Source: a virus
Taxonomy: Duplodnaviria; Heunggongvirae; Uroviricota; Caudoviricetes
Virus record (IMG/VR): IMGVR_UViG_3300022178_000016
Length of the DNA stretch: 32,879 nucleotides
Reading direction: 5' to 3' (one strand)
The position numbers were made by a program, and so were the translations under genes. Position 1 is the first letter of the stretch. Every line of letters starts with the position of its first letter. The notes under the pieces are model-generated. The model was not told the DNA's origin. It did no database searches and saw only the letters and a list, made by a program, of their open reading frames with translations. This document shows positions 23,854-32,167 of this stretch, in pieces.

Positions 23854-24804
23854 ATGGCTTTTAAACCAGCAGGTAGTACACAACCACAAGATGAAAACTA
23901 CATTAAGGTGGATTGGAATGAAATCAATAAACAAGTTAAGGGTGGCAGCCGTCCAGCACGAGTTAGTCTAATTGTAGACTTGGGTACACAAGAGCGTGAA
24001 GACTTTAAAGAAGAGTACAACGAGACTGACACTAAACACATCAAGGCTCTTAAAGAGCAAGATGCCAAACTGACAACGGAGGCTGATAAGACCTTTATCA
24101 ACATTCCTCAGAAGCCCCAACCACAAATCGCTGTGTTTGTTGACTTGACAAGTGATATTGTTGATTACGGTGGTGAGATTGGTAAACAACCTTATCGTCT
24201 ATTGTTGAATAAATCCTTTATGGGTGATTTAGCAGGTATTGGTTTTGCAGGTTGCTATAGTTTTGATAAGAATGGTCAGATCCTTAAAGATAAAGGTTTC
24301 ACCTTCCACTCAAACAGTATCCTTACTAAACTTGCTAAGGCAACTAAGCAGACTCAGATTGTATCTGGCAGTGGTAAAGACAACATGGATGTGTCACAGC
24401 TCCTAGGACAGCCTCTAATGGTCACTGTTGATAAAACAGAAACAACTGATGGTAAGGTATACCTTAACTATAAAGGTTGCTCAGAGGTTCCTATGATCCC
24501 TTCTGATCCATCTGATCCAGATTCAGAAGAAGTGATGATGACAGTTAAACCTTTAGTATCTCCAGCACTAGCTATCACTTTTGATGATGTTACTTTGGAA
24601 CAGAAGAAGTGGTTACGTGGTGATTTGATTAAGAAGATTAAAGCTGCTAATAACTACGAAGGTAGTAAGATGCAAGAGGTTGTAGAAGCTAAATCTGAGA
24701 AGCAGGAAGAAGATCGTAGTGGTGAAGGTGAAGTGCCAGATCCCTCTAGTGGCTATGAACCAGCTGTTGCTGAGGAAGTCGGTTCCGAAGATCCTCCTTT
24801 CTAA
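23854..24804 (+). CDS. probable single-stranded DNA-binding protein
   Basis: Located in the replication module; acidic disordered tail ending EDPPF, like SSB C-terminal tips. Confidence 0.6.
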   Translation: MAFKPAGSTQPQDENYIKVDWNEINKQVKGGSRPARVSLIVDLGTQEREDFKEEYNETDTKHIKALKEQDAKLTTEADKTFINIPQKPQPQIAVFVDLTSDIVDYGGEIGKQPYRLLLNKSFMGDLAGIGFAGCYSFDKNGQILKDKGFTFHSNSILTKLAKATKQTQIVSGSGKDNMDVSQLLGQPLMVTVDKTETTDGKVYLNYKGCSEVPMIPSDPSDPDSEEVMMTVKPLVSPALAITFDDVTLEQKKWLRGDLIKKIKAANNYEGSKMQEVVEAKSEKQEEDRSGEGEVPDPSSGYEPAVAEEVGSEDPPF

Positions 24805-24824
24805 TCTTTAAAACTTAACCAAAC

Positions 24825-24855
24825 AACGTGTTCACTCTTTGTGGGTGTTCACGTT
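24825..24855 (+). other. intergenic stem-loop containing two GTGTTCAC copies
   Basis: AACGTG/CACGTT outer stem; GTGTTCAC at 24828 and 24845. Confidence 0.5.
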
Positions 24856-24895
24856 TAATGAACAGATTATTAAAATTAATTAAGAGGAATAAATT

Positions 24896-25192
24896 ATGGC
24901 ACGTACACCTAAAGCACCAAAGAACACAGAACTTCCAAACAACCCAGCAGAACGTAAACTTCTCAACTCTATTTTAGATGAGATTGTTGGTTACATGATT
25001 GTAGGAGATAATCAAAAGCAATATATCACTGGAGCTAAAGAAACACTTACAGATAAAGATGGTAAGTTAAATCTTTGCCCTAAGTATGCTGGTCGATTGA
25101 TTAAGGCTGCTTATGACACTGTGAAGTTACAACAAGTCACTAAAGAACAACAAGAAGCTTTGGATGATTTTAAAATATTGAAGGGAGAGTAG
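24896..25192 (+). CDS. possible T4 DsbA-like dsDNA-binding protein
   Basis: Small helical protein PNNPAERKLL...LDEIVG...RLIKAAYD with the size and pattern recalled for DsbA/GapR-like proteins. Confidence 0.45.
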   Translation: MARTPKAPKNTELPNNPAERKLLNSILDEIVGYMIVGDNQKQYITGAKETLTDKDGKLNLCPKYAGRLIKAAYDTVKLQQVTKEQQEALDDFKILKGE

Positions 25193-25194
25193 TT

Positions 25195-25416
25195 ATGGGT
25201 TGGTCTGGAGGAACAGAAATCTTTGATGACGTAGTTGGTAGTCTTTATGGTATTACAGATGGAGATGGTTTACCAAGGGAGTATTGCAGACTTCTTAGGG
25301 ATCTCTTAGTTGTCTTAGAAGATCAAGATTGGGATAACCAATGTGAGTCTAATTATTATGATGATCCTGTTATTGGTACGATACTAGGTAATCCTGAATT
25401 ACTGGAGGAAGAATGA
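25195..25416 (+). CDS. hypothetical protein
   Basis: MGWSGGTEIFD start, acidic. Confidence 0.8.
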   Translation: MGWSGGTEIFDDVVGSLYGITDGDGLPREYCRLLRDLLVVLEDQDWDNQCESNYYDDPVIGTILGNPELLEEE

Positions 25417-25628
25417 AAGATATTAACACTTGGGTTCGTTGTGTAGATCTAATGGGAACTTTAGGTTTTACTTTTGAACTGCACACATCAAGAGTGACCA
25501 TAGCCAAAAATATAGGTGATGAATTATTTGAAGCTAAAGATAGTTTCACTAATGTTGATGAGCTTTATGGGTATTTGAAAGGTTATCGTGCAGCAGAGTT
25601 TCGATTTAATGGTAGAGTAAATAAATGA
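25413..25628 (+). CDS. hypothetical protein
   Basis: GGAGG SD, ATGA overlap. Confidence 0.75.
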   Translation: MKDINTWVRCVDLMGTLGFTFELHTSRVTIAKNIGDELFEAKDSFTNVDELYGYLKGYRAAEFRFNGRVNK

Positions 25629-25837
25629 ATAAACTTTACGCTATTATCTACTCTCTAATCTTCCTTGTAGCTTTAACTGCAAGAGTTATTTCTTGTACTA
25701 TGGAAGCTCTTATTGCAAGTAGGATTATGGATTTATCTTTCTTTAAGGAGGTTTTCTTGTATAACTGGAATGATTCTAACAAGTACACTTCTGTAGATGA
25801 GCATTTGGACAGGATAAAGGTGCTGTGGAATGAGTAA
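25625..25837 (+). CDS. small membrane-anchored protein
   Basis: Hydrophobic N-terminus. Confidence 0.65.
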   Translation: MNKLYAIIYSLIFLVALTARVISCTMEALIASRIMDLSFFKEVFLYNWNDSNKYTSVDEHLDRIKVLWNE

Positions 25838-26048
25838 ACTTGAAGATAAAGTTCTCTACGCAATTGTAAATAAAACTACTGGAGAAGCTTGGGGGGATGA
25901 CACATACTCTTCTCCTACAGGATGTAAGACCTCTTGGTTTCATGCTAAGAAGTATTATGACCGTGAAGCTAGAGGCTACAAGACAATCAAATTTGATGAT
26001 CAAGATGAGTATGAAATTATTAAAGTAAAATTAGTGAGGTGCTTATGA
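25830..26048 (+). CDS. hypothetical protein
   Basis: 72 aa, overlap-coupled. Confidence 0.75.
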   Translation: MSKLEDKVLYAIVNKTTGEAWGDDTYSSPTGCKTSWFHAKKYYDREARGYKTIKFDDQDEYEIIKVKLVRCL

Positions 26049-26212
26049 GTAACAAACTTTATGTCGCTAACAATGAGTTTGAAGGTGCCTTTATTGGAAC
26101 CTTCAAACAAATAGAAGAACGGATGCAAGAACAAGGATGGCAGCTTTGGTCTACCAAGTTCTATGTTGTTGGTGAAGAGGTGGCCGTTGGCCTTGGTATT
26201 CTCCATGAGTAA
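26045..26212 (+). CDS. small hypothetical protein (55 aa, not in ORF track)
   Basis: MSNKLYVANNEFEGAFIG...; GAGG SD; fills the gap with overlaps on both sides. Confidence 0.7.
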   Translation: MSNKLYVANNEFEGAFIGTFKQIEERMQEQGWQLWSTKFYVVGEEVAVGLGILHE

Positions 26213-26513
26213 TTTATTTAACAAGATTAAAGAACTGACTGAAGAAATTCAATATGCAGTTTCATTTGAACCTTATGAGTGTGCTTGGTATCAAACTGAA
26301 GATGAGATTTACTGGAACACAGACTCTAATCTTGAAGAACTTTACGATGGTAATGGATCAACTTATTCAGGAGAACTTATTGAGGGTACTCATATTCAAG
26401 ATGGCTGTTACTTTGTAAACTTGGATAATGGATGTGGACAAACTATAACCAGAGTTTTCCTTGAGAATTTAGAAGTTGATTATGGGGATTTGGAGGAGAT
26501 GTTTGATGAGTAA
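26205..26513 (+). CDS. hypothetical acidic protein
   Basis: Start at ATG 26205 (MSNLFNKIK). Confidence 0.75.
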   Translation: MSNLFNKIKELTEEIQYAVSFEPYECAWYQTEDEIYWNTDSNLEELYDGNGSTYSGELIEGTHIQDGCYFVNLDNGCGQTITRVFLENLEVDYGDLEEMFDE

Positions 26514-27522
26514 CCTAACAGCAATTATTGATGCTGACGTAATTAAGTATGGAGCATCTTTTGCTGGTCAGAAGACTTCTATTGTGGTAACACACCCCAC
26601 TCTCAACATTAATGAAACCTTTGGCACTCGTACAGATTTTTATGGGAATTACCACAAGAAAGCAGGTGGGTGGTTATCCAAATATAACGAAGGTAGAGAT
26701 AGCCCCCTACTACCTTCAGAGTTTACGATAGAGGATGTAGTTAAACCAGAGCCTATTCAGAATGTCCTACATTCAGCAAAGTCTATGTATAACAACATGC
26801 ACACTTGTATAAATGCGAAGAGACATAAAGGTTTTATTGGTAAAGGTGATAGTTTTCGTCTTGAGCGTAGCACTTTAAAAAAGTACAAAGATCGCCCTGC
26901 TCCTAAACCTTTCCATATAGATGCAGTTACTGAATATTTAGAAACTGTCTTGAAATGTGAGGTTGTAACTGTTGAGGAAACTGATGAAAGGGTTACTCAA
27001 GAATGCTACAGGAAGACCAACTGTGTGGCAATCGGGGAAGATAAGGACTACTATGGGCAACCGAACAGATTCTTTAACATAAACAAACCAGAAGAAGGTA
27101 TTGTGAGCGGGGATTGTTTTGGATCTCTTTGGCTACAAGAAAAAACTAAAACTAATGGTAAGGTTGAGTCTGAAGTTCGTGGTATAGGTCGGATGTGGTT
27201 GTACTATCAAACTCTCAGCGAGGATGCTGCAGATAACTACAAAGCACATTGTTTTTCAGATGTAACTTGGGGAAGTAAATCTGCATACAAACAGTTAGTT
27301 GGTGCTGTGGATGATAAAGAAGCAATCACTAAAATGAAGGACGGGTTTCAACTTCTTTACCCAGAACCTAAAAAAGTAATTAGCTGGAGGGGAGACGAGA
27401 TTGAAATTGACTGGCTGTATGTCATGCAGGAATGTTTTACTATGGCTAGGATGAGGAAGATTAAAGGGGAACCTGAAGTTATGTTGAAAGATGTTATGGA
27501 CAGATTGAATATTAACTACTAA
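26506..27522 (+). CDS. 5'-3' exonuclease (T7 gp6/FEN-like)
   Basis: AIIDADV, KYKDR, EETDE, GEDKDY, EDAADNY acidic motifs; start at ATG 26506 after GGAGG. Confidence 0.85.
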   Translation: MSNLTAIIDADVIKYGASFAGQKTSIVVTHPTLNINETFGTRTDFYGNYHKKAGGWLSKYNEGRDSPLLPSEFTIEDVVKPEPIQNVLHSAKSMYNNMHTCINAKRHKGFIGKGDSFRLERSTLKKYKDRPAPKPFHIDAVTEYLETVLKCEVVTVEETDERVTQECYRKTNCVAIGEDKDYYGQPNRFFNINKPEEGIVSGDCFGSLWLQEKTKTNGKVESEVRGIGRMWLYYQTLSEDAADNYKAHCFSDVTWGSKSAYKQLVGAVDDKEAITKMKDGFQLLYPEPKKVISWRGDEIEIDWLYVMQECFTMARMRKIKGEPEVMLKDVMDRLNINY

Positions 27523-27547
27523 ATTAAACGACAAGAGGAAATAAACA

Positions 27548-27805
27548 ATGACAACTAATAAAACTGTAGCAAAAACTAATACAAACGTAGCTAAGAAAGC
27601 TACACCTAAACCAGCCGTAAAGAAACCAACCATTGCAGAACTCACTAATGAGATTAAAGTTTGGGAAACTACAGTGCTAAATCTTGAGAATGAGTTAATC
27701 AAAAAGAATACTGAGATATTGAATTTGAAAGCTGATATTAAAACTCTTGAAGAACGTTCTTTGTTTGGTGAGTTTATGTTTCGTATTAGTAAGAACTTTC
27801 GATAG
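27548..27805 (+). CDS. hypothetical protein (Lys/Ala/Thr-rich N-terminus plus coiled coil)
   Basis: 85 aa, GAGG SD. Confidence 0.8.
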   Translation: MTTNKTVAKTNTNVAKKATPKPAVKKPTIAELTNEIKVWETTVLNLENELIKKNTEILNLKADIKTLEERSLFGEFMFRISKNFR

Positions 27806-27814
27806 GAGGTTCAT

Positions 27815-27907
27815 ATGATTACTTTAACTAAACCCCAACTGGCAAGTAGTGAGATTCCTGACATTTATACACAAGTTACTTGGCCTAAAATAATTCAGGA
27901 GTATTGA
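27815..27907 (+). pseudogene. stranded duplicate N-terminus of the DNA ligase (30-codon ORF)
   Basis: MITLTKPQLASSEIPDIYTQVTWPKIIQ versus ligase MLLMKQPMLACSDIPCLETQVKYPCLIQ: 13/28 identical, ungapped; AGGAGG SD. Confidence 0.85.
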
Positions 27908-28521
27908 GATTGTCTGAGTTTCCTAAGATTCCTAGAAGAAAGGGTAAAATATCTTTAATATATGGGGTAGGTTTAAATGATGCAGATTATCAAGTTGATA
28001 TTAGGGGTGAAAAGAGGCTAAGGTGCCCTTACTTCACAACGTGGTCTAATATGGTAAAGAGGTGTTATAATACAAAAACTTTATCCAGCTACCCAACGTA
28101 CACTGACACCACTGTTTGTGAGGAATGGTTGACATTTTCACGATTCAAGTCATGGATGGAAACTCAAAACTGGGAAGGTAGGGAGTTAGATAAAGACTTA
28201 CTTGGGGACGGTAGTTCCTACTCACCAGAAACATGTGTGTTTGTAGATAGACTTACGAATTGTTTCATGTTGGATTGCGGTAGTAGGAGAGGTTCTTATA
28301 AAATAGGGGTGGATTTATACAAACCATCTGGGAGATTTAGGGCGAGATGTAGTAATCCTTTTACTAATACCACAGAACACTTAGGTTACTACCCCTCTGA
28401 AGAAGGTGCCAATTCTGCTTGGAGAGAGCGTAAAAAGCAATTAGCAATAATCTTGTCAGCACTTCAAGAAGATGAAAGGGTTGCCAAGAGATTAATTCAT
28501 ATGTATGAGGAGACTATTTAA
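27904..28521 (+). CDS. free-standing HNH homing endonuclease
   Basis: YGVGLNDADY...WSNMVKRCY...VCEEWLTFSRFKSW...ELDKDLL...YSPETCVFV; TTG start with AGGAG SD; same subfamily as 2514-3083. Confidence 0.85.
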   Translation: MRLSEFPKIPRRKGKISLIYGVGLNDADYQVDIRGEKRLRCPYFTTWSNMVKRCYNTKTLSSYPTYTDTTVCEEWLTFSRFKSWMETQNWEGRELDKDLLGDGSSYSPETCVFVDRLTNCFMLDCGSRRGSYKIGVDLYKPSGRFRARCSNPFTNTTEHLGYYPSEEGANSAWRERKKQLAIILSALQEDERVAKRLIHMYEETI

Positions 28522-29394
28522 ATGTTACTTATGAAACAGCCCATGCTGGCTTGTTCGGATATTCCATGCTTAGAGACACAGGTGAAATACCCATGCCTCA
28601 TACAGTGTAAAGTTGATGGAATTAGATGTGTGGCTATTAACGGAAAAGCCTACAGTCGTAAAATGAAACTAATCCCTAATAAGTTTATACAGAAAGTATT
28701 CGCCGAGTTAGGGTTACATGGATTTGATGGAGAGTTAATGGTTCATGGGGATTTCAACAAAGTCCAATCCGCTGTTATGAGTGAGGATGGTGAACCTGAT
28801 TTCTATTATGTTGTTTATGATTGGTGGAATTTGGAACAGAACTACGAAGAACGTTTTAAGTGTGTAGTAAGTGCCGTGAGTCTATTAAACTCCCCTTACA
28901 TTGCAGCAATTGATAGTGGTGTGGTTGAGAATGCAGGACAAGCAGAGATTCAACTTGAACACTACATTAAAGCTGGCTATGAGGGAGCAATGTTGCGTTC
29001 TTTTAATAGTCCATACAAACAAGGGAGATCAACATTTAAAGAGGGCTACCTACTTAAGTTGAAGAAATTCTTAGATGATGAGGCTGTAGTGGTTGGGTTT
29101 GAGGAACGCCTACATAATACAAATGAAAAAGAACGTGATGAAAGAGGCTATGCTAAACGTTCCAGTAAGAAAGAAGGAATGGTTGGAGCCAACACACTTG
29201 GTAGCTTGATTGTAGAGTGGAAGGGTATTCTCTTTAATGTGGGCAGCGGATTCAACGATGCTCAAAGAAAAGAGATATGGGATAATAAAGAGGAATACCT
29301 AGGTAAACTAATCACCTTCCGTTACCAAGAGTTATCTGCACTAGGAGTGCCTAGGTTTGGGACATTCAAATGGTTCAGGAGAGAGTATGACTAA
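28522..29394 (+). CDS. ATP-dependent DNA ligase
   Basis: KxDG motif (CKVDGIR), FDGEL, YEGAMLR, LLKLKKF, VGSGF, PRF. Confidence 0.95.
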   Translation: MLLMKQPMLACSDIPCLETQVKYPCLIQCKVDGIRCVAINGKAYSRKMKLIPNKFIQKVFAELGLHGFDGELMVHGDFNKVQSAVMSEDGEPDFYYVVYDWWNLEQNYEERFKCVVSAVSLLNSPYIAAIDSGVVENAGQAEIQLEHYIKAGYEGAMLRSFNSPYKQGRSTFKEGYLLKLKKFLDDEAVVVGFEERLHNTNEKERDERGYAKRSSKKEGMVGANTLGSLIVEWKGILFNVGSGFNDAQRKEIWDNKEEYLGKLITFRYQELSALGVPRFGTFKWFRREYD

Positions 29395-29941
29395 TCCTTG
29401 GGATACTGATGAAGGGAGGGTAGTCTGGAAAAGGGAGGCCGACTACTGGAGCTGGTTAAGGTCGGCCCTCAGAAGGCTTTGGAGCGACTACCCCTTACGT
29501 AAGGTATGGAAGCAGTCTCAACTTCGTCCAGTGACCGCACAGGAACGTTTAGATAAGGTTTACCACCCTTCAACTAAGAACGTTGGTCAGTGTAGTTTCT
29601 GTAAGGAATGGATGGCAGGAAGTAAATTAGAGTGTGACCACTTAATCGAATCTGATGGTTGTACCTCTAAGAAAACTGCTGAATCCTTCCTGTGGCACTG
29701 TGGTGGCCTTATTGGAAAAGACTTCAGGTTGGCATGTAAACCTTGTCATAAAATTCGTTCCCATCAACAGAGGACGGGTGGGACATTTGAAGAAGCTAGG
29801 ATTGAGAAAGAAGTTATAGCTATATCAAAAGCTAAACAATCTTCTCAGTGGCTCCTTGATAAAGGTGTTGAACCTGCTTCAAATGAAACTAAGAGAAAAC
29901 AACAAATACGGGAGTTATTGTTTAATGAAGAGAAAAGATAA
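29387..29941 (+). CDS. Zn-finger HNH endonuclease of the replication module
   Basis: CSFC...ECDH...LACKPCHKIRS; start at ATG 29387. Confidence 0.75.
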   Translation: MTNPWDTDEGRVVWKREADYWSWLRSALRRLWSDYPLRKVWKQSQLRPVTAQERLDKVYHPSTKNVGQCSFCKEWMAGSKLECDHLIESDGCTSKKTAESFLWHCGGLIGKDFRLACKPCHKIRSHQQRTGGTFEEARIEKEVIAISKAKQSSQWLLDKGVEPASNETKRKQQIRELLFNEEKR

Positions 29942-30179
29942 ATTTTATTTAAACTGGAAATGGTGGGTATGCCTTCCATACCTTCTTTCAATAATTCCCT
30001 TAATACTTGTTTTCTATGTTATCTCTGGAGTGGTTTGGTTTGTTGGTGAGGTATGTATCAAGTTGCATTCTCTCTTGTGGTTGGATTTAAACTACACATT
30101 AGGTAAGTGGCTTGGTATTGGAAGACTTGGTAATTGGATATGGAAAAAAGAGGAGTTACTTAACTATGATCCTAAATGA
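29925..30179 (+). CDS. membrane protein
   Basis: Long hydrophobic helix; start at ATG 29925. Confidence 0.65.
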   Translation: MKRKDKFYLNWKWWVCLPYLLSIIPLILVFYVISGVVWFVGEVCIKLHSLLWLDLNYTLGKWLGIGRLGNWIWKKEELLNYDPK

Positions 30180-30336
30180 AGATGGTGATGAACTGTCAAC
30201 AGAACAAGTGATGAAAGAGCTATTGAAACACCATAGTCTGCATTATGTTTTATTCCTAGCAATGAGTCAGTATGGCTATGATAGCGCTGAGTATATGTCT
30301 GATAAAGTAATGAAAACTATTGATGAGGTGATGTGA
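30166..30336 (+). CDS. hypothetical protein
   Basis: Start at ATG 30166 after AGGAG. Confidence 0.7.
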   Translation: MILNEDGDELSTEQVMKELLKHHSLHYVLFLAMSQYGYDSAEYMSDKVMKTIDEVM

Positions 30337-30537
30337 ATGAGCAATATATTGTACGACCCGAAGAAGAAAGAAATCTCCAAAGGTGATTACATAGAGATGT
30401 TTGATTGTGGTGTGGAAATACTTACAGACGGTGTAGATTCCATTATACCTCTCCTAGTTAAATTGAAGACTGGCGAGTACACTCTACAACAAGCTTATGA
30501 TAAATATATCTTGTATAAAGTTAAGGGGTATTTATGA
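30337..30537 (+). CDS. hypothetical protein
   Basis: 66 aa, GAGG SD. Confidence 0.7.
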   Translation: MSNILYDPKKKEISKGDYIEMFDCGVEILTDGVDSIIPLLVKLKTGEYTLQQAYDKYILYKVKGYL

Positions 30538-30725
30538 GTAAATCTTTTCCCATGAGTCATTATGCAACATTACAAGACTTGTACAAAGCTAAGGCTGAAT
30601 ACTACGAGAAACTATTCATTCGTTGTGCTGAGATGTTAGTTGAGACAGAAGACTTGAGTTACAATAGTGAAGCGTGTATGTATTATTATACACACTCTGG
30701 TGATTTTATAGGTGAGAGTATTTGA
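30534..30725 (+). CDS. hypothetical protein
   Basis: 63 aa, ATGA overlap. Confidence 0.7.
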   Translation: MSKSFPMSHYATLQDLYKAKAEYYEKLFIRCAEMLVETEDLSYNSEACMYYYTHSGDFIGESI

Positions 30726-30892
30726 TGAGTGATGAACTAGATGTAAAGACAACTGCCGAGTTAGAGTTAGTTCAATTAGCAATGTATGCAAAGATTCTAC
30801 AAGAAGAACAGAAACCTAAAGATGAAAAGGTATGTGCGGTTACTTATGTAACTAAACTCGCAATACAAGCAGGTATATTCGCAGGAGAATAA
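30725..30892 (+). CDS. small hypothetical protein (55 aa, not in ORF track)
   Basis: MSDELDVKTTAEL...; TGATG coupling. Confidence 0.65.
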   Translation: MSDELDVKTTAELELVQLAMYAKILQEEQKPKDEKVCAVTYVTKLAIQAGIFAGE

Positions 30893-30894
30893 TA

Positions 30895-31047
30895 TTGAGT
30901 GAATTAAAACAGGAAGGGTCTCCCTCAGAAACACGGATAAAAGAGTTGGAGAATCTACTTAAGTGGGTGTGGTTTAGATCCACTGACAAGTTAATCAAAG
31001 AAACTATTGAAAGAAAACTCGCAATAGAGGGGAAGGGTATTGAATAA
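30895..31047 (+). CDS. small hypothetical protein (50 aa, TTG start, not in ORF track)
   Basis: AGGAG SD; ends overlapping the next start. Confidence 0.55.
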   Translation: MSELKQEGSPSETRIKELENLLKWVWFRSTDKLIKETIERKLAIEGKGIE

Positions 31048-32167
31048 TTTAAAACAAAGTGAAGATTTAAAGTTAAAACTAATACAACTTGTCACAGTTA
31101 AAGGGATGAGTATAGCTTCTGCTGCTAGGGAGTTGGGATTAGCCCCTAGGACTTGTCAAGAATTCTTCAGTAAAGAAAAGAATTGGCAGAAGGTATGGTG
31201 GGGTAATTATGAGAAGGAGTTAGCCCAATATGGTGAATATTTAGGTAAGAGAACTTCTGAGTTCTTAGAGAGTACAATACCTGCACAATATTCTCACCCA
31301 TTAGCCACAGAAGAGGATAAAGAAGTTTATGAAACTTATAAGCGGCTTATGAAGAATGTACATAGTGGAGAGAGTAATACCCGCATCTTTCCAGAGCTTC
31401 CTCAGAAGGTTATTGTGGATACTGGCCTAAAGATTATCGTAATTGCAGATACTCAATGTAAACCAGAAGAAGATTTGGACTACATGTCTTGGATTGGTAA
31501 GTTTGTGAATGATAAGAAACCTGATGTTGTTGTGCACATCGGAGATCATTTTGACACCCCAAGTTTATCTAGTTATGACAAAGGCAAGAAATCTTTTGAG
31601 GGGCGTAGGTTAAAAGCAGACTTAGAAGCGGGAAGAAAAGGTCTTGAGTTATTTCAAGCAGAGCTTGACGAAGATTATAACCCTCGCTTAGTATTCTGCT
31701 TAGGCAATCACGAACAGCGGATAGACAGGCTTGCGAATGACATGCCAGAACTTGACGGATTTGTAGGTACTGGTTTACTGCCGTTAAAGGAGATGGGTTG
31801 GGAAGTTTATGATTTCTTACGTCCTGTTAATATTGGCGGAATATTCTTTGTCCACTACTTAGCTAACCCTTTTAGTGGTAAACCTTATGGTGGAAGTGCT
31901 TTGAATCAATTGAAGACTGTTGGTAATAGTTTTGTAGTTGGGCATAAGCAATGTCTGGATGTAGCTATTCGACCTACGTTGAATGGGAAGCATCAGATTG
32001 GTATTGTGAATGGAGCTTGTTACCCTTTTGATGAAAGCTATAAAGGAATTCAAGGTAACAACCATTTCAGGGGTCTTACCGTACTACATGAAGTTAAAGA
32101 TGGATTTGGGACACCAATGTTTGTTTCTCTGGACTATATGAAAGCAAAGTTTTATGAAGAAGTTTGA
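31040..32167 (+). CDS. calcineurin-like metallophosphoesterase with N-terminal HTH-like region
   Basis: IADTQ, HIGDHFD, LGNHE, FVVGHKQ motifs; N-terminal SIASAARELGLAPRT. Confidence 0.85.
   Translation: MNNLKQSEDLKLKLIQLVTVKGMSIASAARELGLAPRTCQEFFSKEKNWQKVWWGNYEKELAQYGEYLGKRTSEFLESTIPAQYSHPLATEEDKEVYETYKRLMKNVHSGESNTRIFPELPQKVIVDTGLKIIVIADTQCKPEEDLDYMSWIGKFVNDKKPDVVVHIGDHFDTPSLSSYDKGKKSFEGRRLKADLEAGRKGLELFQAELDEDYNPRLVFCLGNHEQRIDRLANDMPELDGFVGTGLLPLKEMGWEVYDFLRPVNIGGIFFVHYLANPFSGKPYGGSALNQLKTVGNSFVVGHKQCLDVAIRPTLNGKHQIGIVNGACYPFDESYKGIQGNNHFRGLTVLHEVKDGFGTPMFVSLDYMKAKFYEEV

Noticed and set aside
25830-30730. Recurrent ATGAGTAA / TGATGAGT gene starts as a repeat family
   Set aside because: Explained by stop-start translational coupling and common Met-Ser-Asn/Lys starts; the matches are short.
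3324-32065. Minus-strand ORFs and alternative-frame plus-strand ORFs in the track (e.g. 9026-9526, 13159-13443, 19347-19667, 27295-27702)
   Set aside because: They overlap well-supported + strand genes, lack SDs and recognisable motifs, and run against the uniform transcription direction.
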